A DNA stretch of 64,000 nucleotides, taken from positions 27,214 through 91,213 of IMG/VR virus record IMGVR_UViG_3300043447_000250, one strand, 5' to 3'. Below the pieces are notes generated by a model, which was given only the letters and a program-made list of their open reading frames with translations, did no database searches and was not told the DNA's origin. The position numbers and the translations under genes are program-made. This DNA is from a virus. Its lineage: Duplodnaviria; Caudoviricetes. Shown piece after piece: positions 19,694 through 29,496 of this stretch; within the stretch, counting starts at the first letter, position 1; every line of letters begins with the position of its first letter.

Positions 19694-20239
19694 ATGCTAA
19701 AGAGACCGATTGTTATTGAAGATTTTATAGAAGAAGAAGATGCCTTAGTCTTGCTAGAAGAGATGAAGAGGCCATCTGAATCAAACCCATACCCAGAATA
19801 TTACAAGAAAAGATATGGTGGCACTGCCTACCCATATAATAGTAGGGTACTGGCAATTCAAAAAAAGTATGCTATCAAGTCAAACCTAGTACATCAAAGA
19901 CTAAATCCAGAAGAGCAAAAAGAAATTAAAACCTTTAAGTGCTTTGGATCTATCTGGTCTACTGGAGGATATGGCTCAGTCCATATTGACGACCAAGACC
20001 CAGAGCCATTTATCGAATACAGCACTGTAATATATTTAAATGATAACTTTGAGGGTGGAAAGATATTTTTCCCAACTATGTCTTTTGAATATACACCAAA
20101 GAAATACTCTGCAGTATTTTTTATAAGCGAGGGCAATGACTGGAAACACGGAATCACTCCCATTGAAAGTGGAGAAAGGTCTACTCTGTTATACATGCAC
20201 ACAACAGAAATTGAGCATGTAGATCCAGATCTGGACTAG
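19694..20239 (+). CDS. prolyl-4-hydroxylase-like 2OG-Fe(II) oxygenase
   Basis: HIDD, YLNDNFEGG, HGITPIESGER. Confidence 0.88.
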   Translation: MLKRPIVIEDFIEEEDALVLLEEMKRPSESNPYPEYYKKRYGGTAYPYNSRVLAIQKKYAIKSNLVHQRLNPEEQKEIKTFKCFGSIWSTGGYGSVHIDDQDPEPFIEYSTVIYLNDNFEGGKIFFPTMSFEYTPKKYSAVFFISEGNDWKHGITPIESGERSTLLYMHTTEIEHVDPDLD

Positions 20240-20254
20240 AGGATAGAGAATATT

Positions 20255-20932
20255 ATGATGACATATAAAAAACTTGGCGATGGCTTGGTTTACTACCAGA
20301 ATGTTATAGAGAATCCAGAACAGATTATTTTGGATTTAGAAAATCTTAATGACCGTGCAGTTAAAGACATTAGTTCTGGTAATTTGGCTGCATCTTTTTC
20401 TTCAGCACAACCGTGGCATAATTGGGACTATGGAGATGGAGAAAGCAAACTCCACTTCTGCAAACAAAAATGGCTACCTAGGTCTGAGGATATAGATAAG
20501 CAAGACATGTACTATGAAGAGTTCTCATCTATATCTGATAGACTATTTGCTGGTTTAGATAAAAGTTTTGAACACTACTCCAAAGAGATCTATCCATATG
20601 CATCCACAAATATCAAAGGCAAAGAGGATAGGATGAGCGTTTTGAAGTATGAGACCGCTGGCTATCTTCCAGCACATACGGATCATGGAATAAGCAGCAG
20701 AACTTTGTCCGTGGTTCTTTATCTTAATGATGATTATGAAGGTGGGGAGATCACATTTCCATATGTCGGTGATGGCGTAACAATAAAGCCAACTGCTGGC
20801 AGCGCTATCTTCTTCCCATCCATGTTCGTCTATGTTCACGAGGTGTCAGCAGTCACTAGCGGTACAAGGTATGCACTACCTAATTGGTACCACAATATGG
20901 TAAATAAGATTAACTCTGATGGGAGTGTATAA
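20255..20932 (+). CDS. prolyl-4-hydroxylase-like 2OG-Fe(II) oxygenase
   Basis: HTD, YLNDDYEGGE, HEVSAVTSGTRY. Confidence 0.9.
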   Translation: MMTYKKLGDGLVYYQNVIENPEQIILDLENLNDRAVKDISSGNLAASFSSAQPWHNWDYGDGESKLHFCKQKWLPRSEDIDKQDMYYEEFSSISDRLFAGLDKSFEHYSKEIYPYASTNIKGKEDRMSVLKYETAGYLPAHTDHGISSRTLSVVLYLNDDYEGGEITFPYVGDGVTIKPTAGSAIFFPSMFVYVHEVSAVTSGTRYALPNWYHNMVNKINSDGSV

Positions 20933-21110
20933 TGGAAGATATGGATAAGGTAACTAAGTTAGAGATGGAACTAAAGTTTATGTATAATAAATATGAAGAA
21001 CTGTGTGTTGCCTACAAGAAGTTGGCAACATCACTTGGAAAAGTTGATCCAAATGTTGTACATGATATGAGCAAAATGAAGTTTGCAGAAAATAACAAGG
21101 GAGAATAAAC

Positions 21111-21893
21111 ATGGCGGTAAAGGGCTCAGTAGAGGCAATCATTGAGGTTGCTAAGAAAGAAATTGGAACCATTGAAGGTCCAAAAGATAATGAGACAAAG
21201 TACGGTAAGTGGACTGGTGCTAACTTCCAGCCATGGTGTCAGTCATTTGTTTCATGGTCAGCATACACATCAGGACTAGATGCAAAGAAGTATCCAAAGA
21301 CTGCTTCAACAGTAGCAGCAGCAGACTTCTTTAAGAAGAATAATCGATGGGCAGATGCTCGTAACGATGATCCAACTCCAGGAGACTGGATCTTCTTTGA
21401 TTTCCCAGATGATGGTGTAAATAGAATTTCACACGTAGGTCTTTGCATTAAGAATAATGGCGATGGAACTATCCAAGTTATTGAAGGAAATACTTCAGGA
21501 ACTGCAAAGGGAGATCAGCGAAATGGCGGAATGTGTGTAGAAAAGACACGTGCATATGTAAAGCATAAGACACTAATGAATGCAGTAGTTGGTTGGGGTC
21601 GTCCAATCTATGTAGGAGAAGAGAATGCTCCTCTATTATCTAAGGGTGGAGTAGTTACAGAATCAAAGCCTGCTCCAAAGTCAGCAGTTAAGAAGTCTGC
21701 AACATTTAAGCCACTCAAGAATGGCTCTAAGGGAACTGGTGTTAAGACTGTACAGACGCTTCTTGGTATCAAGGCTGATGGTTCATTTGGTCCAGGTACT
21801 GCAAAGGCTGTTCAAGACTTCCAAAAGAAGGCGGGACTGCCAGCAACAGGTATTGTTGATCAGGCTACATTAAAGGCATTGAAGGCTAAGTAA
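21111..21893 (+). CDS. endolysin: CHAP domain plus peptidoglycan-binding domain
   Basis: PWCQSFVSW, HVG, IEGNT; ADGSFGPGTAKAVQDFQKKAGL. Confidence 0.9.
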   Translation: MAVKGSVEAIIEVAKKEIGTIEGPKDNETKYGKWTGANFQPWCQSFVSWSAYTSGLDAKKYPKTASTVAAADFFKKNNRWADARNDDPTPGDWIFFDFPDDGVNRISHVGLCIKNNGDGTIQVIEGNTSGTAKGDQRNGGMCVEKTRAYVKHKTLMNAVVGWGRPIYVGEENAPLLSKGGVVTESKPAPKSAVKKSATFKPLKNGSKGTGVKTVQTLLGIKADGSFGPGTAKAVQDFQKKAGLPATGIVDQATLKALKAK

Positions 21894-22093
21894 TGGAGTC
21901 AACAAAGAGATCAACAGCAAAAACAGTTAGTTGGGAAACCTTTCACCTTGTAGTGCTTGCTGGAATCATTTACTTGTTTACTGGTGAGTGGGAGTATGCA
22001 AGCATCGGTGCAGTACTATATATTGCTATCGAAACACTTGGATATTTTGTTCATGAAAGATTATGGGCAAGATTTGGGAAAGGAGTTAAATAA
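21893..22093 (+). CDS. DUF2061 membrane protein
   Basis: KRS.AKTVSW...YFVHERLW. Confidence 0.8.
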   Translation: MESTKRSTAKTVSWETFHLVVLAGIIYLFTGEWEYASIGAVLYIAIETLGYFVHERLWARFGKGVK

Positions 22094-22196
22094 TGCGTAT
22101 TAAAATTATTAAGTTTATCGTTAGGGTACTTGGATACGAATGGGGCGGAGATAGCCTTAAGTTGCCATACTGGACTGTAAAAGAAAAGAAAAAGTA

Positions 22197-22382
22197 ATGC
22201 CTATCTATGAATATAAATGTCAATGTAATGATAAAGTAGTTCCATTTAATACTAGCATGGCTAGTTATAAAGAAACTTATCCTTGTGGTGAGTGTGGTGC
22301 TGATATGAAAAGACACTACACTCCCATAGGGGCTCAGTTTACTGGTTCGGGCTTCTATAGCACAGACAATAGAAAAAAGTAA
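22197..22382 (+). CDS. FmdB-family zinc ribbon protein
   Basis: MPIYEYKC..C...CxxCG...F.GSGFY.TD. Confidence 0.85.
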   Translation: MPIYEYKCQCNDKVVPFNTSMASYKETYPCGECGADMKRHYTPIGAQFTGSGFYSTDNRKK

Positions 22383-23042
22383 GTGAAGATTAACTTTATT
22401 CCTGGATCTGAAAAGATTAAGGAATTAGTTCCAGCACCTACCGCAGCAAAGTCTGTGGTTCCAAAATGGTACAAGGATATAATGCCAAATAAAGATATAC
22501 CAGGCATTAAAAACTGCGTACCATTTTTGGACTCATTAACTTCTGGATACATACAGACGACATGGACAGACATTTTGGTAAATAATAATAATGGTGAAGT
22601 CTCTATTGAATTAGTTAATCATAATGTTGAGATGGTAAGAGAGAGGCCAAGACCATCTGTTTCAATATCTGAAGATATGTACAGTAAAGAATTTGTTTGG
22701 CAAAGACCATGGGCAATAAAACTTCCAGATGGATATAGCAGTCTTATTACTCATCCATTAAACCAGATAGACTTGCCATTTTATACTCTATCTGGAATTG
22801 TAGACTCAGATATGTATCATCATGACACAGTTGGAAATATACCATTTTATATTAAGAGTGGGTTTTCTGGGGTAATCCCAGCAGGAACCCCAATGTTTCA
22901 GATTATACCTATAAAAAGGGAAGATTGGGTTCCAGAAGAACTTGACTATGATGTTGAATTTTGGTATGATAGATACCTAGAGAAAAACTTAAACAGAGAT
23001 TCTGTTTATAAAAAGAAGTTTTGGCAAAGAAAAAACTACTAA
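22383..23042 (+). CDS. conserved phage beta-barrel protein (paralog of 17398)
   Basis: PKWYK..KNCVPFLD..GY..GIVDSD..GTP. Confidence 0.75.
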   Translation: MKINFIPGSEKIKELVPAPTAAKSVVPKWYKDIMPNKDIPGIKNCVPFLDSLTSGYIQTTWTDILVNNNNGEVSIELVNHNVEMVRERPRPSVSISEDMYSKEFVWQRPWAIKLPDGYSSLITHPLNQIDLPFYTLSGIVDSDMYHHDTVGNIPFYIKSGFSGVIPAGTPMFQIIPIKREDWVPEELDYDVEFWYDRYLEKNLNRDSVYKKKFWQRKNY

Positions 23043-23058
23043 CTATGGGGAGTACAAT

Positions 23059-23304
23059 ATGATCATGCAGGATGAGAAGGTAAAAGAGTGGACACTTAGC
23101 CCAGTAGACCGATGTGATTCTTGCAACGCAGAGGCACTTGTTATGGTGACTGGTTTGAATGGTGAACTTATGTTTTGTGGTCATCACTACAATAAGATTA
23201 TGGATAACTCAACTGGATATAAGAAGATGATGAGTTTTGCTATAACGATACTTGATGAAAGAGACAAGTTGATAGAGAATAGAGCAAAGGGAGAGTCGTA
23301 CTAA
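23059..23304 (+). CDS. actinobacterial-type small Zn protein
   Basis: DRCDSC...L.FCGHH. Confidence 0.7.
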   Translation: MIMQDEKVKEWTLSPVDRCDSCNAEALVMVTGLNGELMFCGHHYNKIMDNSTGYKKMMSFAITILDERDKLIENRAKGESY

Positions 23305-23711
23305 TGTATGAATATTATGTAAGAAAAGTAGAGAATGTCGTAGATGGAGATACCATTGATGTTCTTATTGATTTAGGGTTTGATATCCTATTTGCATCTC
23401 GTGTGAGACTGGCTGGTATTGATACCCCTGAGTCTCGCACAAAGGATCTTGCTGAAAAGGCACTTGGTATTGAGGCTAAGGAATATCTAAAGAAGCACCT
23501 AAAGGATGCTAAGTCTGTTGTCATTAAGACTGAAAAGATGGACTCGTCTGAGAAGTATGGTCGCATTTTGGGTTGGGTATATGTAGATGGTAACACAATT
23601 TCCCTTAATGATATGATGATCAATGACGGTTATGCATGGGGATACCTTGGAGATACTAAGGTCAAGGACTTTGATGCCCTTGCAAAGGCAAGAAAGAAGT
23701 CTGGAAAGTGA
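23304..23711 (+). CDS. thermonuclease (SNase-like)
   Basis: VDGDT, RLAGIDTPE, KYGRIL. Confidence 0.92.
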   Translation: MYEYYVRKVENVVDGDTIDVLIDLGFDILFASRVRLAGIDTPESRTKDLAEKALGIEAKEYLKKHLKDAKSVVIKTEKMDSSEKYGRILGWVYVDGNTISLNDMMINDGYAWGYLGDTKVKDFDALAKARKKSGK

Positions 23712-23959
23712 GCCACGTACTTTATTTTACCGCAGACTGGTGCAATCCATGTGCAAGAACACGCCCAGTAGCAGAAGAACTAAAAAGGGATGGGCTGATT
23801 GATTTTGTTTTTGTAGATGCTGACATAGAGACAGAACTCCTTGAGCAGTTTAGTATCAAGTCTATTCCAACATACATCCTGCTTCAAGATGGAAAAGAGG
23901 TCAAGCGTATGAACGGTGCAAAAACAAGGCAAGACTTCCTAGACTTTGTTGGAGAGTAA
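23708..23959 (+). CDS. thioredoxin
   Basis: WCNPC, SIPT. Confidence 0.9.
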   Translation: MSHVLYFTADWCNPCARTRPVAEELKRDGLIDFVFVDADIETELLEQFSIKSIPTYILLQDGKEVKRMNGAKTRQDFLDFVGE

Positions 23960-24180
23960 TGAACCCAAAAACTACAGCAATGGTTGAGCACCTGATCAAT
24001 CAGGGGGCAGTGCAAATGCACTCTATTGACAATGATGGTCATATTGTATATAAGATAACTGACAAACTTAAGGAAGTAAGTCCAGAACTATACAAAGATC
24101 TAAAGGGTCAATACGATGATCATATGTTTAGGCTTATAGAGAAGGGTCCTACAACCATGACATGGAGACTCAATGGATGA
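23959..24180 (+). CDS. hypothetical protein (paralog of the next gene)
   Basis: shares L...GA...D..G...Y..TDKL..VSP.L with 24173. Confidence 0.7.
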   Translation: MNPKTTAMVEHLINQGAVQMHSIDNDGHIVYKITDKLKEVSPELYKDLKGQYDDHMFRLIEKGPTTMTWRLNG

Positions 24181-24502
24181 GGATAAGATTTTTGAAGACT
24201 TGATTTTAAGCGGTGCTCTTGAGCCTGCAGGAATGGATATTGACACTGGAGAAATGCTTTATAACTTCACTGACAAGTTAGAAGATGTTAGTCCAAAACT
24301 ACATGATGAGTTTTCAAAATATTTTTCTATGGAGGTTACTGGTCTATGGCAGAATGGTTTTTTAGATATGAATGTCATGGAAGATAATCCAAACATCACC
24401 CTTACTAGTAAGGCACTTGATCCAGAGCAGGTAGCAAAGTTAGATAAAGAAAAGCAGTATACTTTAAAAGAGATTATAAGGGTTATTCTAAATAGGGGGT
24501 AG
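24173..24502 (+). CDS. hypothetical protein
   Basis: coupled ORF. Confidence 0.7.
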   Translation: MDEDKIFEDLILSGALEPAGMDIDTGEMLYNFTDKLEDVSPKLHDEFSKYFSMEVTGLWQNGFLDMNVMEDNPNITLTSKALDPEQVAKLDKEKQYTLKEIIRVILNRG

Positions 24503-24504
24503 GT

Positions 24505-24930
24505 GTGGATTTTATTATTGGATCTTTTACTACACTTACAATTATAATTTTAATGTATGCTTATTTTAGTAAACTAGAAAAAATTGTTAATGTGGAATTA
24601 AAATATAATTTTTCACAAAGTTCTGTTCATGAAATGATCAAGCCGCTTTTACCAGATGATTTTTTTAAGCAAAAGAAAAAAAGAACTCAGTCGTCTGTGT
24701 ATGAAGAAAAAACAAATGTTCGTGTAATTATCTTAGATGGTTTGGCATACTGGATAAGAGATAATAAGATATACGAAGCAGATATGAACTCTGATGGAAT
24801 AGATAAAGATTCTACGAGAGTAGTTGACACGATGAGTATGGATAGGGTACAATTAGATAAGATTACATTTATTGTTGATGCACTAAGAGAGGGGTTGGAC
24901 GATGATAGTGGGAGTTCAGGGAACAAGTAG
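24505..24930 (+). CDS. hypothetical protein with N-terminal TM anchor
   Basis: hydrophobic N-terminus, RBS. Confidence 0.65.
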   Translation: MDFIIGSFTTLTIIILMYAYFSKLEKIVNVELKYNFSQSSVHEMIKPLLPDDFFKQKKKRTQSSVYEEKTNVRVIILDGLAYWIRDNKIYEADMNSDGIDKDSTRVVDTMSMDRVQLDKITFIVDALREGLDDDSGSSGNK

Positions 24931-25252
24931 TTTTGACGACTACAAAGTGTTTCTTCGTGGCATGGCAGTAGCCATGTCGATGTTAAAGACTGAAGATCAA
25001 CACTTTGATATTTACTCTGCAGGTCCTGGCAATATCAACGCCATGGCCTCTGAGTTCACCAACTTGTCAGAACGTGGTATGAAAGCACGTGGCAAGAAGA
25101 TTAAGTTTCACAAAGTTGCTCCGTCATGGATCAGTGAAAACATTAAAGAGTTTAACTATATTGTTTATTTAGCATCGCCAAATGAACAATCTTCTAAACT
25201 AGTTACAGAAGCACAAGACAACAATGTCGAAGTGGGAATTTTTAGATACTAA
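24902..25252 (+). CDS. SLOG/YspA-like small Rossmannoid protein
   Basis: MIVGVQGT..F.DY N-terminus. Confidence 0.45.
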   Translation: MIVGVQGTSSFDDYKVFLRGMAVAMSMLKTEDQHFDIYSAGPGNINAMASEFTNLSERGMKARGKKIKFHKVAPSWISENIKEFNYIVYLASPNEQSSKLVTEAQDNNVEVGIFRY

Positions 25253-25262
25253 GGGGAATAAA

Positions 25263-25472
25263 ATGGTAGTAACATCACTTGAAAAAATGGAAGAGATTGT
25301 ACTAAACAACAAAGCATTGCGCTGGGATGGGTGGACTGTTGTGCACTCGTATGTGTCAGACAAGGCACGTACATCAAAGTTTGGTGCACTTGTAAATGGA
25401 AAGTGGCAGATGGAAAAGTACTTTGTACCAACAACGGCTGGGTGGGAGATCCCAGATAAGTTTGTGAGGTAA
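25263..25472 (+). CDS. hypothetical protein
   Basis: RBS aagggg; Trp-rich. Confidence 0.65.
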   Translation: MVVTSLEKMEEIVLNNKALRWDGWTVVHSYVSDKARTSKFGALVNGKWQMEKYFVPTTAGWEIPDKFVR

Positions 25473-25476
25473 CACC

Positions 25477-25758
25477 TTGAAGCATGATTGGAAAGAGGAT
25501 GGTGCTTGCCTAGACTTTGACACTAACTTATTTTTTGATAAGTATGAGGAAGATGAGTTGCTAAGACCCGCAATCGATAAACTTTGCTCTGAATGCCCAG
25601 TAAGCAAGACATGTTTTGCTGTTGGTGTTTCTCAAAAGGAGTGGGGCATTTGGGGAGGGGTATACCTTGAAGGTGGGGGAATTTCCAAAGAGTTTAGCAG
25701 GCACAAAACAAAGGCTGACTGGGCAAATACCTGGCAGTATTTAACAATGGAGAAGTAA
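25477..25758 (+). CDS. whiB: WhiB-family transcription factor
   Basis: W...AC...FF...CxxCPVxxxC...GIWGG. Confidence 0.92.
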   Translation: MKHDWKEDGACLDFDTNLFFDKYEEDELLRPAIDKLCSECPVSKTCFAVGVSQKEWGIWGGVYLEGGGISKEFSRHKTKADWANTWQYLTMEK

Positions 25759-25759
25759 T

Positions 25760-25972
25760 ATGTGGTCATGGATATTAGCAGCAGTGGGAGTAACAGGCAT
25801 TTATTTCGTAGGTAGAAAAACTATCTGGGGATGGCTGGTATTGCTTGTAAACGAGTGTATCTGGATTGCATATGCACTTGCTACAAAACAATATGGTTTT
25901 ATTGTTATGGCTACCGCATATTCTGCAGTATACATTAAATCATTTATTGGATGGAGAAAAGAGTCAAAATGA
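25760..25972 (+). CDS. PnuC-like small membrane protein
   Basis: three TM segments, WGW, QYGF. Confidence 0.55.
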   Translation: MWSWILAAVGVTGIYFVGRKTIWGWLVLLVNECIWIAYALATKQYGFIVMATAYSAVYIKSFIGWRKESK

Positions 25973-26730
25973 TTATTCAGATTATTGGATTGCCTGGTTC
26001 TGGAAAGACAGAATTAGCAAAGGCATTAAAAGATCGTATTAATGCAATACATCTTAATGCAGACGAAGTTCGTGCAACAGTCAACTCTGACCTAGGGTTT
26101 TCACCAGAGGATAGAATTGAGCAGGCTCGTCGTATGGGTGAGATGGCTAGGCTTATTGCCAAGCAGGGCGTGGCACCAGTTGTAGTAGACTTTGTATGCC
26201 CCACTGTGGCTACCAGAGAGGCCTTTGGAAAGCCTGACATCTTGATTTACATGGACACAATCAAGGAGGGTCGCTTTGAAGATACAAACAAGATGTTCCA
26301 AGCACCTGACAAGTATGACTGGTCATTTTTAAATCATACACTTGAGTCCTATGATAAGGCCACAGTAGTAATTGAAGAGTTCAAACTTCATGACTGGTCC
26401 GCTCCAACAACACTGATGCTTGGTAGATATCAGCCATGGCACGAAGGTCACCATGCTCTCTACGAAGAGGCTGGAAAGCGCACTCCACAGGTTCTTCTGG
26501 GTGTAAGAAATACATATAAGACCAGCGAAAAGGATCCACTTAAGTTTGATCAGGTAAAGGAGTATATTGCTAAGGATGAATTTATGGATGGAGCAATGGT
26601 CTTGAGACTTCCAAATATTACTAACATTGTCTATGGTCGTGATGTCGGATATAAGATTGAACAGGTTAAGTTAGGAGATGAACTTGAGGCTATTAGTGCT
26701 ACTCAAAAGCGTAAAGAGATGGGTATCTAG
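25969..26730 (+). CDS. adenylyl-sulfate kinase-like domain fused to a nucleotidyltransferase (HxGH) domain
   Basis: GLPGSGKT, NADEVR, DLGFS..DR; GRYQPWHEGH; ISATQ.R. Confidence 0.8.
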   Translation: MIIQIIGLPGSGKTELAKALKDRINAIHLNADEVRATVNSDLGFSPEDRIEQARRMGEMARLIAKQGVAPVVVDFVCPTVATREAFGKPDILIYMDTIKEGRFEDTNKMFQAPDKYDWSFLNHTLESYDKATVVIEEFKLHDWSAPTTLMLGRYQPWHEGHHALYEEAGKRTPQVLLGVRNTYKTSEKDPLKFDQVKEYIAKDEFMDGAMVLRLPNITNIVYGRDVGYKIEQVKLGDELEAISATQKRKEMGI

Positions 26731-26789
26731 TTTTATTTTAGATAACAACCTTGGAGATGTTGAGGAACGATTCTATTTTGGAGATAAAG

Positions 26790-26993
26790 ATGACAGTAAC
26801 AAAGGCTAGATCTTTTATTAAGGCGTTAAGTTATCGTATCTGGGGAACACTATCTTCATTTATTGTTGCTTATATACTTACTGGAGATGCAACTCTATCT
26901 GGAGCAATTGCATTCTGGGAGACTGTAGTCAAAGTATTTATCTATTACGCACATGAGCGTGGGTGGAATCATATTCAGTGGGGTAGAAAGTAA
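26790..26993 (+). CDS. DUF2061 membrane protein
   Basis: RSF.KALSYR...YYAHERGW. Confidence 0.8.
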   Translation: MTVTKARSFIKALSYRIWGTLSSFIVAYILTGDATLSGAIAFWETVVKVFIYYAHERGWNHIQWGRK

Positions 26994-27235
26994 TGTATAC
27001 AGAACAAAATAGAAGAGCATTCCAGTCATTGTCACACTTTGCACCAAAGGGATTCTCTTTGCAGATTATAGATAATGATCATTTTCTTACTGTTAAGGCT
27101 AGTGAAAGGCAGTTTATGTCATTGACTGGCGAAGATAAGGTACGTGCAGTAGAGTATATGGTAAGAGCAAAGCAGGCACTAGAAGATACTGGCGCTATTG
27201 TTTTATTAGTAAGAGAAGGTGGCGAGGAGCAATGA
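26993..27235 (+). CDS. hypothetical protein
   Basis: coupled ORF. Confidence 0.7.
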   Translation: MYTEQNRRAFQSLSHFAPKGFSLQIIDNDHFLTVKASERQFMSLTGEDKVRAVEYMVRAKQALEDTGAIVLLVREGGEEQ

Positions 27236-27630
27236 TTATAAACATTATTTTAGGGGTAGTAACAAGCCTATCAGTTTCACTATCTATGTTCTTGGTGGTA
27301 AAGTTGCTTGTATTGCGTAATGACTTTGCAGATATGAATCTTCGCACAGCACTTTTGGAGCAAAATATAAAGCAGTCACTAGAAAAACCAGTAGAGCCAA
27401 TTGAAAATAGTGAAGGGTTTTTGAGGTTTGTTTCTGAGTCCCGTGATTGGGCGTTTCAATATATTGAAGAGTTTCAGGCTGGGTTGAAAGATTTTGTATC
27501 TTCAATTGAGCCAGAAATCAACTACTTTAAAGAGTATGGAGATATAAACTCTATGTCTCCAAATTATTACTCATTAAAGAAGATAGTTGAAGAGTACGAA
27601 AAGTTGAAAGGACTATTGCCAAATGAGTAG
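27232..27630 (+). CDS. membrane-anchored hypothetical protein
   Basis: N-terminal TM, SRDWAFQYIE. Confidence 0.7.
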   Translation: MIINIILGVVTSLSVSLSMFLVVKLLVLRNDFADMNLRTALLEQNIKQSLEKPVEPIENSEGFLRFVSESRDWAFQYIEEFQAGLKDFVSSIEPEINYFKEYGDINSMSPNYYSLKKIVEEYEKLKGLLPNE

Positions 27631-27659
27631 TAGTCTTATATAATATCCTAGGAGGAAAA

Positions 27660-27956
27660 ATGAATACAACACAACTAAAGGCACTACTAGCATCATACGG
27701 ACGCTCAGTCCTTGCTGCTGCAACAACACTCTATATGGCAGGGGTAACTGATCCAAAGGACCTAGCATACTCTCTCGCAGGTGCAATTGTTCCAGTAGTG
27801 CTTCGCTATGCAAACCCTAATGATAAGGCCTTTGGTCGCCTTCCAGAGGTTGCTGAAGTAGATGCAGCACTAAAGACGGTAAAGCCTATTAAGGCTCCAG
27901 CAAAGAAGGCAGCAGTCAAGAAGACTACTGCAAAGAAGGCTGCTTCAAAGAAGTAA
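27660..27956 (+). CDS. holin-like membrane protein with Lys/Ala tail
   Basis: ASYGRS...LRYANPND.AFG, AKKA repeats, RBS aggagg. Confidence 0.55.
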   Translation: MNTTQLKALLASYGRSVLAAATTLYMAGVTDPKDLAYSLAGAIVPVVLRYANPNDKAFGRLPEVAEVDAALKTVKPIKAPAKKAAVKKTTAKKAASKK

Positions 27957-27972
27957 TAAATAATAGTAGATA

Positions 27973-27999
27973 GTGGGTAGGAAAAATAATCCTGCCCAC
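27973..27999. terminator. hairpin between convergent genes
   Basis: gtgggtagg...cctgcccac. Confidence 0.55.
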
Positions 28000-28589
28000 T
28001 ATTTTACTTTTCCAAGAAAGTTTATATTTATAACTATCCTGTTTTCTGATATCTTTGGTCCAGATGATGAGTGGTAGTAGAGCCCATCAAACAAAACAGC
28101 CCTACCCATCTTGGGTGATACCATTTGTTTTACTGTTAAATCTGGCATGCTAGATCCATCAAACTTTTCGTTAAAGATAATTGTGTCTCCATCAGAGTCA
28201 TTGACATAGTATAAAAGCACTAAGTGCTCCATATCAGTGTCAACATGCGGTGGGTGAATTGAATTTTCCTTGTTTGTTTTATATAGGATGTTTGACTTTA
28301 CTCTTAATAGTTTAAATACATCTATGTTATTTTGTAAGGCAAATGATTCAAGAATGTTTGCACCTAATTCATGGACGGATGAAAAGCCATTTCCAAAAAA
28401 ATAGCCCATGTGGACATCTTGTCTTTCTTCAATAATATTAAGATTTAGATCGTTCAGTGTTGGGTATTTCTCTACATTATTTGTTGACTCAAATTCTTCC
28501 CAAAATAAACTTTTATTATTTTTATTGAGTACATCCTGTATTTTTGATGAAACGCCTTCTTCTAAGAAGTTATCGCTTACAATGATCAT
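27999..28589 (-). CDS. 2OG-Fe(II) oxygenase
   Basis: PHVD, YYVNDSDGDT, HSS, RIVININF. Confidence 0.85.
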   Translation of the reverse strand: MIIVSDNFLEEGVSSKIQDVLNKNNKSLFWEEFESTNNVEKYPTLNDLNLNIIEERQDVHMGYFFGNGFSSVHELGANILESFALQNNIDVFKLLRVKSNILYKTNKENSIHPPHVDTDMEHLVLLYYVNDSDGDTIIFNEKFDGSSMPDLTVKQMVSPKMGRAVLFDGLYYHSSSGPKISENRIVININFLGKVK

Positions 28590-28694
28590 ACGACTCCAGT
28601 TCTATTGTAACTTAAATAAGTATATCATATATGATATAATGATATAGCCTGCCCATTAGGGGGGTATAACTTATTCGCTTGAAAGGGGAATAAA

Positions 28695-29096
28695 ATGGTA
28701 GAAACAATGCTGGGTCTTTTAGATGACCCATTTTTTAATAGGTTCAATCAAACACTAAGAACAACACAAAATAACTATCCGCCATATAATCTAATTAATG
28801 TCGCTGATAGTTTATTTATTTTGGAGTTTGCTCTAGCAGGATTTGATAAGGACGAAGTATCAATCACAGTAGAAAATGGTCAACTAAAGATTAGTGGGCA
28901 AAGGTCTGAGGTTGAAGAAGATGAGTCCGTAACCTATTTACATAAGGGAATCGCTGCGAGAAAGTTTTCAACAGTGTTTAACTTGCCAGAATATATGGAA
29001 GTTGAACAGGCACTTTTTTCAAATGGTATCTTAGAGATCACACTTGAAAAGCGTATTCCAGAAGAAAAGAAACCAAAAACAATCGAAATCCAGTAG
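28695..29096 (+). CDS. small heat-shock protein Hsp20
   Basis: YPPYN, ALAGF, YLHKGIAARKF, NGILEI, PEEKKP. Confidence 0.95.
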   Translation: MVETMLGLLDDPFFNRFNQTLRTTQNNYPPYNLINVADSLFILEFALAGFDKDEVSITVENGQLKISGQRSEVEEDESVTYLHKGIAARKFSTVFNLPEYMEVEQALFSNGILEITLEKRIPEEKKPKTIEIQ

Positions 29097-29106
29097 TACA
29101 ATTAAA

Positions 29107-29194
29107 GCCTATACACCCAGACACCTGGGCAGTGTAGGTAAAACAAGGGTCGCTACCCCTTGGATGGAGTCCTGAGTATGACTTTAAACTGCTC
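29107..29194 (+). ncRNA. candidate small structured RNA ending in the repeated pseudoknot
   Basis: TACAAT at 29097, two hairpins, then agtc-ctgagtat-gact-ttaaactgctc. Confidence 0.5.
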
Positions 29195-29220
29195 TTTTAA
29201 AATTCTGGTATAATGATTGC

Positions 29221-29496
29221 ATGACAATTCATTCAAATCCAACGCTCTCTACTTCAGAGCCAACACGACTTTCTCCAAATGGAGTACACTCAGGTGTAGA
29301 TATTACAATTCAAAACCTAAGCGAAACTGCTTATATTTACCTTGGTGGAGAAAATGTAGATGTAGAAAGTTTTGGCTACCGTCTATCACCAGGAGCAGCA
29401 TGGTCTGTTGAACTACCTGGAACAGATGCACTTTATGCAGTTGGAGATGAAAACGGATCTTATATCGCAGTACTCCAGACAGGACTTGATAACTAA
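29221..29496 (+). CDS. hypothetical virion-associated protein (leaderless)
   Basis: TGGTATAAT just upstream; IQN....YLGG. Confidence 0.7.
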   Translation: MTIHSNPTLSTSEPTRLSPNGVHSGVDITIQNLSETAYIYLGGENVDVESFGYRLSPGAAWSVELPGTDALYAVGDENGSYIAVLQTGLDN

